The notes under the pieces were generated by a model. It was not told the DNA's origin. It saw only the letters and a program-made list of their open reading frames with translations, and did not search any database. 64,000 bases of DNA. Origin: the human T2T-CHM13v2.0 reference genome, Homo sapiens. A program made the position numbers and the translations under genes. Positions 27,752 to 39,570 of the stretch are shown in pieces; position 1 is the stretch's first letter; each line of letters starts with the position of its first letter. The DNA lies in NCBI RefSeq assembly GCF_009914755.1, contig NC_060937.1. One strand, 5' to 3'.

Positions 27752-29546
27752 TAGACTACAGCTAGCCAGGGAGGTGAAAGATTTCTACAATGAGAATTAC
27801 AAAACATTAGTCAAGGAAATCAGAGATGACACAAACAAATGGATGAATATTTAATGTGCATTGATAGGAAGAGCTGATATATTTGAAATGGCAATACTGC
27901 CCAAATAGCAATTTATAAATTCACTGTTACTCCTGTCAAACATCTAATAACATTCTTCACAGAACTGGCAAAAGAAATAAAAATAAAAACACCTATTTCA
28001 AAATTTATATGGAACTCAGAAGGAGCCCAAATGACCAAGGGAATCCTAAGCAAAAAGAAGAAAGCTAGAGGTATAACATTACCCAACTTCAAACTATACT
28101 ACAAGGCTACCGTGACCAAAACATCATGGTATTGGTACAAAAACAGACACATAGACCAATGGAAAAGAATAGAGAGCCCAATAATAATACCACACACCTA
28201 CAACTATCTGATCTTTGACAAAGTCAACAAAAACAAGCAATAGGGAAAGGACTCCCAGTTCAATAAATGGGGTACTGGGGTAACTAGCTAGCCATATGGA
28301 GAAGATTGAAACTGGAACCCTTCCTTACATCACTTACAAAAATCAACTCAAAATGAATTAAATACTTAACTGTGAAACCTAAAACTACTAAAAACCCTGG
28401 AAAACAACCTTAGAAATACTATTCTGGGCATTGCACCTGGCAAAGATTTTGTGACAAAGAAGCCAAAAACAATTGCAACTAAAACAAAAATTGACAAGTG
28501 GGATCTTAATAAACTAAAGAGCTTCTACACAGCAAAAGAAATTATCAACAAAGTGAACAGACAACCTACAGAATGGGAGAGAATATTTTCAGGCTATGCA
28601 TCTGATGAATGAAAATCTATAAGCAACTTAAACAAATCAACAAGCAAAAAAAAACAACCCATTAAAACGTGTGTAAATAACATGAACAGACACTTCTCCT
28701 AAGAAGACATACATGCATCCAACAAACAAATGAAAGAATGCTCAACATCACTAATCATTAGAGAAATTAAAATCAAAACCACAATTAGGCACCATCTCAC
28801 ATGAGTCAGAATGGCTGTTATTGAAAAGTCAAAAAAAATAACAGGTGCTGGTGAGATTGTGGAGAAAAATGAATGCTTATACGCTGCTGGTGGGAATGTA
28901 AATTAGTTCAGCCATTGTGGAAAAGCAGTTTAGGAATTTCTCAGATAACTGAAAACAGAATTTCCACTCTGCTCAGCAATCCCATTATTGGGTATGTACC
29001 CAAAGGAATATAAATCGTTCTAACATAAAGACACATGCATGCGTATGTTCAGCATAGCATTATTCACAATAGCAAAGATATAAAATCAACCTAAATGCTC
29101 ATCAATAATAGATTGGATAAAGAAAATGTGGTACATACACAAAATATAATACTATGCAGCCATTGAAAACAAAAACACACAGACGCACAACTGAGATAAT
29201 GTCCTTTGCAGCAGCATGGATGGATCTGGAGGCCATTCCTTAAGTGAACTGATACAGGAGCAGAAAATCAAATACCACATGTTCTCACTTATGTGTGAGC
29301 TAAACATTCAGTACACATGGACACAAAGAAGGTAACAACAAACACTGGGACCTATCTGAGGCTGTAGTGTGGGAGGAGGGTGAGGACCAATAAACTATGT
29401 ATCAGGTACTATGCTTATTACCTGGGTGATGAAATAAAATAATCTACACACAAACCCCAGTGACACACAATTTGCTTGTATAACAAACCTACACATGTAC
29501 CCCTGAACTTAAAATAAAAGTTAAAATAAATAAATAAAATAAAAAT
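27752..29546 (+). mobile_element. L1PA15/16-like, 5'-truncated
   Basis: ORF2 peptide [33 protein letters not shown]; 3'UTR CTAAACATTCAGTACACATGGACACAAAGAAGG; AATAAAAGTTAAAATAAA tail. Confidence 0.92.
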
Positions 29547-30229
29547 GAAAAACTTGTTACATATAAACAAATTTTAAAATCTGCTTATTTTTGCAATGTT
29601 GGAAAAAAGCATTCTAAGTAACATGATATGACATGGTAATTTAGAGTAATGTTTTTGAAAGCAATAATGCTTTCTATTACATTATTTTAATTTAGTAAGC
29701 AAAATATGTTTACTTTGCATATTTTATATTCATATGTATTTGCTTGTACTTTAATAAGACTAAAAACTTTATTACTTTAAAAATAATTTTCATTTTAAGT
29801 AACTTTCTTCATAGTAAATAAAAATTACACCAATCACTGGTGCAAAGTAAACATCTTAATAAAGATATATGAAAGCATATGAAATTCCATTTTTTACATG
29901 AGTATATTATAGCAGAAATATTTTAATATTTCATATTTTAGGAATCTTATAAAATTTGGAAACCTGAAACACTTTCTCTGAATGACAGATTATAGGTGGT
30001 ATATTTGCAAAAATATTTTTTATAAAATTAACACTATAAAAGCACATTAACAATACATATGTCTCTATCTCATACATAAAGTTTAAAATATTGGAAATGT
30101 TATGTCATTTACATAAAACCATCAGTCCTAAAATGTATCTGCATGCTTCTAAAAGATACCAAGGAAGACAAGGTAGGGATTGGGGAAGAAGGCATTATTT
30201 CCACCACCTAATCATCTCTTATTTCAGGG

Positions 30230-30710
30230 AGTGTCTTTTCCTTCAGCTTCTGTAACTCTATCAGACTTCTCTTATTCATTGGCTATTCTTGCTTAGAGAT
30301 TCTTTTTGAGACCCTTTCTCCAATTGCTTAATAAAAACATATATATCTGTGTGTGTGTGTGTATCCCTCTGAAAGATATCACACATTTCTCAGAGTTTTA
30401 ATTATTATATCTATGAAACTGAGCCCCTAAATTGTACCTCCATACATAATGATTACCATGAGCTAAAGTTCCCTATCTCTAGTTTCTTACAGGAAATTTC
30501 TATTTGAATATTATACTCTCAACTCAAAAAAGTCTGAAATCTAATTTACAATTTTTCTTCTCAAGCCCATACCTCCTTCTCTTTCAATAGTCTGTTAAAT
30601 TCAATTCCTTCCTTAAGCAGTCAACACATTCCCTCATTTTAAAAAGCATTTCTTGAACTATTCTCAATGCCACTAATTATTCTAGCAATTTTAATATGCC
30701 ATTCTGGTTT
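30230..30710 (+). mobile_element. Degraded L2 fragment(s), with a short (TG)n at about 30348-30362
   Basis: TTTAATTATTATATCTATG..CCCCTAAATTGTACCTCC and CTCAACTCAAAAAAGTCTGAAATCTAA. Confidence 0.5.
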
Positions 30711-31238
30711 GCAAAAAGCCATTAACAACTAATGCTTATATAATATCACTAAAATTGTTAAGTATTAATTTGGTGCCAGTAGGATAATGATAGGTAATTT
30801 TCTGTCTTAGAGAGTAGGTGAAAACCACAAATCTGCAATGAGTACTTCTGTATAAAAGTGACAGTTCAATGTAGTTCAAAATCTAAATCATTGATTTAGA
30901 CATAGATTCAATAATAGAAGTAGATATTGGAAATTAAAAATTTTATATGCATCAATATAAAAAATTTTGCTATTATATATGCAGAAAACTTCAAAATATA
31001 TTTCATTAATATCCAACTATATGTCAAATATTCTTCTAAGTACTGACAGCATTACAAAAAGGTAGAAAATAAATACCAAAATCTTTGTCCTCATTTAGAC
31101 AATTTCATATTTCTAGAAATTTTAGGCAAAGTTTAAAATTTAATAAATGTACTGGATAGTTTCACTTTTAAGTGTCTATAATTCTAGGGTATATTTTAGT
31201 TCTAGCTTGTACTGGAAATAATAAAATACCAGAACTAA

Positions 31239-31370
31239 TATTTTAAAATTTTTGTAGAGACAAGATCTTGCTATGTTGCCCAGGCTGGTCACAAACTCCT
31301 CAGTTCAAGTGATCCTCCTGCCTCAGCTTCCCAAAGTGCTGGATTACAGGCATGAGCTACTGCACCTGCT
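31239..31370 (-). mobile_element. FLAM_C
   Basis: TTTTTGTAGAGACAAGATCTTGCTATGTTGCCCAGGCTGG..CTGCACCTG, monomer only. Confidence 0.88.
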
Positions 31371-31654
31371 CAAGATTTTTCAAATTAGAAGAACTATAAA
31401 TATGTAACATGGATTTTAAGATAATTTTATTAGACACAAACACAAATATAGTATTAATAAAGTATAGCGTACATCCAACAGACAGAAATTGTAACAAAAT
31501 TTTCCTAACATATATGTGAATAACACTTTTTGATATAATTGCTTACATTAAATATAAAATATAGTATGATAAAATTAAACATAACTTGTGCTTATGAATA
31601 TTTTACTCGAGCCTAAATTTTGTATTGGACCAATGGAATTAAAAAATTGAAGCT

Positions 31655-31969
<315 letters not shown>

Positions 31970-32340
31970 TTATAATGTCCTAATTTGTGTTTATCATATC
32001 TTGATAATTTTAGAGTGTACTAAATTAAAAACATAGTAAATGTACTTTTAATAAGCTTATAATGAAGAGAATAGAATTTTCATTTTTCCATTCATTGTTC
32101 AAGTTTATAAAATGATTCTGAATAATAATTACCTAAACAAGAAATCGATAAAAAACAATTTTTGTTATGGATTGTGTTAAAAAAAATCCCTTCAATTTTT
32201 TTAAACTTAGACAAATAATGGAAACCAAGGTCCTTTAAATTATTTATTATCGAGCAAATAATATCAAATAATTTCATTAAAACAGGGAATAAACTGGAAT
32301 TAATTGCGTTTATTTATAAACGTATTAAGTTTATAAAGAT

Positions 32341-32632
32341 GCAGTAAAACCGCATCAAAGTGTTCAACACCCAAGAAAAATTTATAAATAAATTTTTTAT
32401 ATAAATATATGTATATAAAATTATTTAAATTTATTTATAAACAAGAATTATTAAGAATTCTGACATCATCTAAAAGATTAGATGGGAACCTAAACAAAAG
32501 ATAGCATTCACCAGAAAAAATATTTTGGATTTAGAATCTTGGAAATGAAGTGTGTAAAATGTCATTTAAGCTTTTTAGAATAAATAAAAAGCTTTTTCTT
32601 CGGTGTTGAACACTTTGATGCGGTTTTACTGC
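32341..32632. repeat. 40-bp inverted repeat (39/40 identical) around a 212-bp hairpin-rich spacer; unknown element
   Basis: 32341-32380 GCAGTAAAACCGCATCAAAGTGTTCAACACCCAAGAAAAA is the reverse complement of 32593-32632 except for one mismatch (32372/32601). Confidence 0.97.
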
Positions 32633-34140
32633 CCAGCTACTGGGAGTGCTGTCAGCAGGTAGCCTTCCACTGTCAGCCTCTTCAGAATTCACTTTGGTTG
32701 AAGGGAGTTATCGCACCCATAGTTGCATCCTTTCAGGGGCAACCCACGTCTAATGGATTAAATATCCAAGTAGAAATTGACTCTGAGGGTGTATGATCGA
32801 GGGATGCACACATGAGAATAGATAAGAAAGAGGTACTGACTTGGGACCACTTTCCTGAGATACAGGATTTAAGACTGTGGCAAGGACATCCGGGTGATAG
32901 TAGCATTAGAGGGCTTCTGGACGCACAGAAAAGCTGATGAACCAAGTTAAATAAAATTTAATGCCTAAATTATCATGGTAGTCTGCGGATGAATGGAATA
33001 AAAGAGTCAAGGCATGGAGCATGGGTGTGCTTGAGTGAATATGCTACATGACACCAGAAAACCCACCAGATGTTTGTTTTCCACAGGCAGGCCACAAGAA
33101 GATATATTATTAGATAGGGGTATCAAATAATATACTGATAAGAAAATGCCAGCATCATTAAGGAGCTCAGTGGCGTTTCCCCCTTTTGGCAAAGACTGAT
33201 GGTAACATAGGTTGTAACAGAACCAGGTGCATTGGGAGCAACAAAATGATAATACCAAATACAATAGTAACCAGGTGGTGGTGCTTAATACCAGAAACTA
33301 GGTGCATGCAAGTACAACAATGTTCTGCTCAACTTCTACCCTCAGAAGAAATGGAGGATAGATGATCAGAAGAAGGATCATCTACTTCTTGATGATCCTA
33401 TTGATGGCAGCGGCAGCCGTCTGTAGTTGCCGCTGTCATCATGCCGGCTGCCCGCTGCGCCTGGGAGGGCAAGGCCCAAGATGGGCTGCTGCCGTCAGCA
33501 TAAAGTCACAATGCCTTGCCCAGTTTCCAGATCCCAGCCAGTTTTAGACCCAGAACACTTTGATTGAATGAGAGGCCAGATTCCCAAGAGGAAGAACCCT
33601 GTAAAACCATGACGATTGTACATAACGAAACTTCTTTCAGCTTGATCTCAAAGGGACTATAATTATTTACTTGAATACTGTACACTGGAGAAAAGATAAC
33701 TACTTAGTCCTTTCTAGGGTTTTTGACACAGGTTCCAAGGTGACTGTTAGTCAGATTCAAAGTGCCATAATGGTGCTTGCGTTAGAATGATGACATATGG
33801 GAAACAGGTAAGAAACTGTGTCCTGGGTAAGGTCCAACTCATAGGTAATTTAATGCTTTGAGAGAGATACATCTTGTGGTCACGTTTTGGTCCCTGAATG
33901 TATCATTGGGATAGACACACTTGATCTAACTCCCACATTAGGTACTTGGTTTATCTGGAAAGGGCTATCATAGTGAGAAAAGGCAGGTTACAAGTCTATG
34001 CAAGCTGAGGTAGTAAACAAAAAACATCACTTCTTTGAGAACGGTGTAATATAGAAGTGTGGGTCACCCCTAAGAATCTAAAAGTATCTAAAGAATAAAA
34101 AGCTAGTATAGTCCTTGTCATACATTAATTAAATTATTCA
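32633..34140 (+). mobile_element. 5'-truncated LTR16(C)-like fragment (32633-~32755) fused to ERVL/HERV16 internal gag-pro remnant
   Basis: CCAGCTACTGGGAGTGCTGTCAGCAG..CTGTCAGCC..CCCACGTCTAATG, then internal sequence homologous to 23250-24310, including TTTTGACACAGGTTCCAAGGTGAC. Confidence 0.7.
33402..33478 (+). mobile_element. Short MER52-like LTR 5' fragment
   Basis: TGATGGCAGCGGCAGCCGTCTG..GCCGCTGTCATCATGCCGGCTGC resembles the GC-rich MER52 start. Confidence 0.55.
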
Positions 34141-34508
34141 GACAATAAAGGACTTTTGCCTCAGTTTCTGGTCTAATTATTAGAAGAAGCCTTCAGCCAT
34201 TAGTTTTTGCAGGTTTTGCATTAAATTTTGTCTTAAAACCAGCTTCCTAAAACATTTGGAGATTAGGAAATGCTAAGAACAGATATATGTCTATATACAG
34301 ATACATGAATAGATATATGCTATATGTATATATATGCATATATATTCAAACTATCTTTAATCTAGTTAAGATAAAAAATTATGTATATAAATATTTCTTT
34401 AATAATATTAATAAAAATATCATTTTACTATATATTAATGAAGTACTACTATTTTAATAAATCTGGACTCCTATAATGTGTCTGAAAATTACATGCATTA
34501 TTGCATTA

Positions 34509-34978
34509 ATTGCAGCACTATTCACAATAACAAAGACATGAAATGAATGTAGGTGTCCATCAGTGGTGGTTTAGATAAGGAATATGTGGTACAAATACAC
34601 CATCGAATATTATGCAGCCATAAAAAAGAATTAAGTCAGGTCTTTTGCAGGAACATGGATGCAGCTGGATGTTATTATCCTAAGCAAATTAATGCAGAAA
34701 CCAAAAACCAAATAGTGCATGTTGTTCTCACTTATACTTGGGAGCTAAACATTGACTACTCTTGGACATAAAAATGGCAACAATAGATACTGAAAATGAC
34801 TTGAGGAAAGAAAGACAGAGAAAAGTTTAAAACTTTAAAAGAATTTAAAAACTAACTTGGGTGCTATGCTTAGTACTTGGGTTATGGGGTCTTTCATAGC
34901 CCAATCTAAGCATCATAAAATATACCCAGGTAACAAACCTACACATGTACGCACTGAATCTAAAATAAACTTGAAAAA
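34509..34978 (+). mobile_element. L1PA16-like 3' fragment
   Basis: ATTGCAGCACTATTCACAATA..GGAGCTAAACATTG..CTGAATCTAAAATAAA. Confidence 0.88.
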
Positions 34979-34987
34979 TGTACATAT

Positions 34988-35400
34988 TGTTTCAATGCAG
35001 GGTGGGGTTGCTATTGCAATAGCTGGATAGGCACTATAACAATAGAAAATGCTTTTTTTGCAAGATCTGCATGCATCTCAAAGTCAGGAAGCAAAGGGCT
35101 TTTCTAACATGAGAGAAATAAGCAAGGCTAGAAAGAACAAATTGTATTGTAGTAGGCTGTAATAGGGTATTATTGAATAGATGAGTAAATAATCTCCTTC
35201 CTTGAGATCAACTGATTCTAAGTAGGGCCTTTAAGAAGAAGTTTTTATGCCTTGAAGAGCTTAAGGATAAGCCAAATTTTGGCCAAATTTCTGGGGCCCG
35301 AGGGAAGGAGAGAAGCTTTAGTAAAGTTTAGTCAAATCATATATTAATATTTTGGTCACGTTGTCCTGTGTGTACAAACATTTCAGCTAATCAGTTTTGA
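34988..35400 (-). mobile_element. ERV1 MER4-group LTR fragment (MER89-like)
   Basis: CTATTGCAATAG, GATCTGCATGCATCTCAAAGTCAGG and TAAAGTTTAGTCAA; subfamily uncertain. Confidence 0.4.
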
Positions 35401-35924
35401 GGCAACGAATGCTATGCTTCTGTAAGGATTTTAGGAATGGTTTCCCAGTTCTTTAATCACAAACAGCAATTTATTCACTTCACCTGCACAAACCCTATTT
35501 TTAAACCCACTTGCAATTATAAGAGGTAAAAGAGGGAGATTTGGCTTTAGATATGCAATAATCTCAGCTGTGATTTGACCAAGTCTCAGTATTCCTTTAA
35601 AAAATACACCAAGAACTCCAGTGAAGGGCATAGAGTAAGTTTAATTGAGAGTCAACAATGATATGATCCATTTAATCCTATGAGCCAATACCCATGTACA
35701 GATGAGAAATCATGTCACTTTTATCTTTCCTCTCTTTATTAACTTCCATAACCCATTTCCCTGATACACAAACTCTATGGCAAATTCTTTCCTGTACTGC
35801 TATAACAAGCCACTATGATTCTTATTTGTACTTTTATTTATGTCAACTGCATTGGTTCTTAATCAACTATGATAAACCATTCATTTTCCTGCTTCGGCTT
35901 AATCAGTCATAATTCAGTGAAAAC

Positions 35925-36162
35925 AAATAACATGTACTGATTATGTACTATATGTATCAAAAACTATTCTAAGCAATTTATATATATTAGCTCCCTGAAT
36001 CTTCATAAAAACTCTATGAGGCAATTATGCTCATCTATATTTAAAAAATGAAGAAACTGAGATGCAAAACTCACCAAGAGTCACACAGTTAGTAAACGGT
36101 GAAACTAAAATTTTAAAATATATTGACTGCACCAGAGTTTTTACATGTAAATACTATACTAG
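35925..36162 (-). mobile_element. MIR
   Basis: AATCTTCATAAAACTCTATGAGG..ATGAAGAAACTGAG..GTCACACAGTTAGTAA core. Confidence 0.85.
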
Positions 36163-36947
36163 TGTATGCAAGTAACTTTTGTCAATTAAAACAGAAGTCA
36201 GCACAGCATTTCAAAGTTTATCTCATTTAAAAACAGGAAAAAATAAGCATTTTTAAGCACACTCATTTCATATAGGTCCTCAAATCTCCAATGCCTTCAT
36301 TCCTAAATGAACACGCGTATCAAGTGTTCCATATAAAAGTAGTTAATTTGCCTAATAGGGTGACATAAACATATTTTATATGTAACTGATTTATCAGTTT
36401 CATTAACAATCACCTTAAGTTTTGTCTTAAAATACCCTAAAATTCATGAATGTCTTTTCTTAAATGCCTCTGGGAAAACTCCTTGGACATATGTTTTCCG
36501 GATCTCTCCTAGTGTGCTGTCCTATAATTATTTGTATTAGAACAGGTAAACAGCATTTCAAAGACACACTTAAATATATAAAATTAAAATGACAATGGTT
36601 GATGTCAAATGACAGAAAAGGTACCAAACACAGTTGAAAATCAATGAAATAGAAACAATATCCAAAAACAGATTAATTCTCTCAAATCCTGTCTGATTGA
36701 GAGTATGACATAAATTTTTTATTCTAACTGTGAGCTAATAAAATACAGATTTGAAATACCCTGCTTAAATTGAGGATTTATAAAGCCAGGAAAATCAAGG
36801 GTATTCAAACTTCAATTAATAACTTTAATCATAATTGAGAACCTTGAAAACCTAGGAGGATTCAATTTTTCTGTGACTCGCTTAGAAGAAAATTGTGATA
36901 TCTGAATTCTGAAAATAATTGCCCTTTTAATCTATTTAAACCATCCC

Positions 36948-37338
36948 CATTATGAACTGAAAGTTTGTGTCACCCTCCAAACCCATATGTTGAATCTCTA
37001 ACCACCAATGTAATAGTATCAGGAGGTAAGGCCTTTGGGAGGTAATTAGAGTTAGATTAGGGCATGAGGATAAGACTCCCATGATGGGACTAGTAAACTT
37101 ACAAGAATAAAAGAGAGGGAGGAGAGATGGAATTATGTATTCCATAAGTGGAAAATGTATATTCCACAATGAAATTATGTATTCCATGGAATTATATATT
37201 CCATGATGGAGGGAATAAACTCCCTGTGATTCCGTCCTTGAAACTGTAGCCTCCAGATCTGTGAGAAAATAAATTTCTGTTGTGTAAGTCATTAAGTAAG
37301 TCTATGGTATGTTATGGCAGCCTGAGTTGACTAATTCA
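36948..37338 (+). mobile_element. MLT1A/MSTD-type MaLR solo LTR with a replaced centre
   Basis: GGCCTTTGGGAGGTAATTAG and CCTCCAGATCTGTGAGAAAATAAATTTCTGTTG; TSD ATCCC/TTCCC. Confidence 0.82.
37127..37204. repeat. Array of four palindromic units, consensus ATGGAATTATGTATTCCAT
   Basis: Units at 37127-37145, 37148-37167, 37169-37187 and 37186-37204. Confidence 0.9.
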
Positions 37339-38862
37339 TTCCCCATTAAATTAATATATATGCTGTCTTCTAACCAGACTGCTGAAATAGAGAGGATATA
37401 AATGGATTAGAATCTAGGATAATTATGTGTGAATATCTACAAATATTTGTATATCAATCTCCTTTAATAAATCAATAAACCATTTTAAAATTATAACTAT
37501 ATAAATTACGTATTTGATTGTATAATATAATACATACTATTCTTAATATATTTGGCAATTGCCTGCAATGTCATCAATACAGATTTGTAGAAACTATTTT
37601 TGCAGCATGAATAAACATCACATGTTTTTCATCTTTAGGTGACACAACAATTTCAATAAAATCTTCTTGAAATCAGTAACATTTCACCTGATTTCTTACC
37701 AGAAGAATATCATTATTCAATGAAAGTGACTTAAGATATTCTGTCTCAAGGCAAAAAACTAAAAGTGTACTTATTGCTCTGCTATTTACTAGCTTTTCTG
37801 GACAAGTTACACAAAACACAGAATACCAGTTTTCTAAACTTAAAAATGGAAATGAAGTACAGTTACACACATTTCAGAGTGTATTAAGAAATAATCAAAA
37901 GTAGACAACGTATACTTGTAATAACCAAGTTAACCCAGCACTACCTTAATTTTTCCCACCTCTATTCAGCTCAGCATTCCATGTTGCAAACAGGTAAGTT
38001 CTAACATAGCAAAAATACAGAAAAAGGGGAAAAATGTTACTAAAGTTGATTATTCAAACTCAAACTATAATCACACATGAAAAGGATCTTGAGCATTTGC
38101 AGCTGAGGCACTGGCCTAAAAACCAGGAAGAAGAGAATGTCAGTCATGATGAGTTTACTCCAGCTTCTAAGCTAGCACTGGGAAATTAGAAAATAAAAAA
38201 AATATATATATATATTATGGGAATTCTCAGTGGGAGATGATGTAACACAGCAGTCCCCACTACTCAAATGCTTCATTCAGAATGACACTGGAACTCTGGA
38301 GCAGTTCAAGTTTCAGAAGCTGTCTAGGATGGTTGGATAAACAGAGGAGAATGATGAAATTTTTCTATCGAGAAGATAACATAATTTGGGTGAAGAAGAT
38401 AATGAACATTCCAAAGAAGACTCATTATTATAATAAGGATGTCCCACCCAATATAGTTTTGTTCGTTGTGCACTGCATTATTTAGGAGGCACCTTTAACA
38501 CTATAGACAGAATCCTAGGTAAATTAATAGAAAGATATAAAAAAGGCAAAGGAAAAGTGATAGGTGGTAATATCAAAGGAATGTTTGCCTCTATGAGTTG
38601 AGTAATTCATGGAGTTGGAGCATTAGAGGGCATGAGCAAGAAAGTAGATGGTGGTTGAAGAGTGATATGACTAAAATTGACTTGACGCAGGAATTTTATT
38701 GATATTAATAACAGGGTCTCACGTATGACCAGGGGAGTGACTGTAGCAGAGTGGATAATAATATCATTAAAGGAATGAAAGAGAGGAGAAAGAAGGAGAA
38801 TAAGAAGGAAAGGGTAAAGAAAGAAAAGAAGAAAAGCCAGAAAACTCAAAAATTCAACTGGA

Positions 38863-39158
38863 GGCCGGGTGCAGTGGCTCATGCCTATAATCCCAGCACA
38901 TTGGGATGCTGAGGCAGGCAGATCACTTGAGGTCAGGAGTTTGAGACCAGCCTGGCCAACATGGTGAACACTGTGTCTACAAAAATACAAAAATTTAACC
39001 AGGCATAGTGATGAATGCCTGTAATCCTAGCTACTCAGAAGGCTGAGTCAGGACAATCACTTGAACCTGGGTGGTGGAGGTTGTAGTGAGCAGATTGTGC
39101 CACTGTACTCCAGCCTAGGCAACAGGGTGAGACTCCACCTCAAAAAAAAAAAAAAAAA
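38863..39158 (+). mobile_element. AluS (diverged Sx/Sz)
   Basis: Full dimer with A tail; flanked by degraded antisense L2-like sequence. Confidence 0.93.
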
Positions 39159-39289
39159 GCCCATTGGATATTAAAAATTAGCAGGAATTATTAAGAAGTA
39201 CTATGGAAAATGATGATGAGCCAGGGATAAAATTGCTTATCAATAAAGGAAAGTGACCCAGTTTACATTTGATGAGCCTTGGAGAAAGC

Positions 39290-39570
39290 TGTACTATGTT
39301 TAGTACATTGGACACATACTGCAATTTATTTAATGATCTGCTGGTAAAAAGAATGTATACCTGACATTTACTATGTAACTTTCAGTCTCTCTTGATGGGA
39401 AGAGACTGTTTCCTCATCCACGTGTCCGGTTTAGCCCTGTGACTTGCTTTGGCCAATGAGAAGTGAATAAGAGTTATTATTGTTTCCAAAGCTGTAGGTT
39501 ATTTCTGCTCTTGTGTCTTTCCCTCTTAATGAGAGAATGGTATCATAGATAAGGGCTGTTTTTTCAATGT
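39290..39570 (+). mobile_element. MLT1H/I/J-type LTR fragment
   Basis: GCCCTGTGACTTGCTTTGGCCAATGAGAAGTGA motif. Confidence 0.6.

Noticed and set aside
25882-28243. L1 ORF2-like peptides as an intact reverse transcriptase, for example a partner for the 32.3-kb element
   Set aside because: They are truncated, frameshifted fragments of ordinary dead L1 copies.
30110-30220. Possible MER3/MER20-like DNA transposon fragment
   Set aside because: Too degraded to call from memory.
32593-32632. Inverted repeat as a MADE1/Hsmar1 TIR (shared TGCGGTTTT)
   Set aside because: The rest of the arm does not match, the arms would face outward, and there is no TA TSD.
37127-37204. CRISPR array
   Set aside because: The units are about 19 bp and essentially abut, with no unique spacers and no cas genes.
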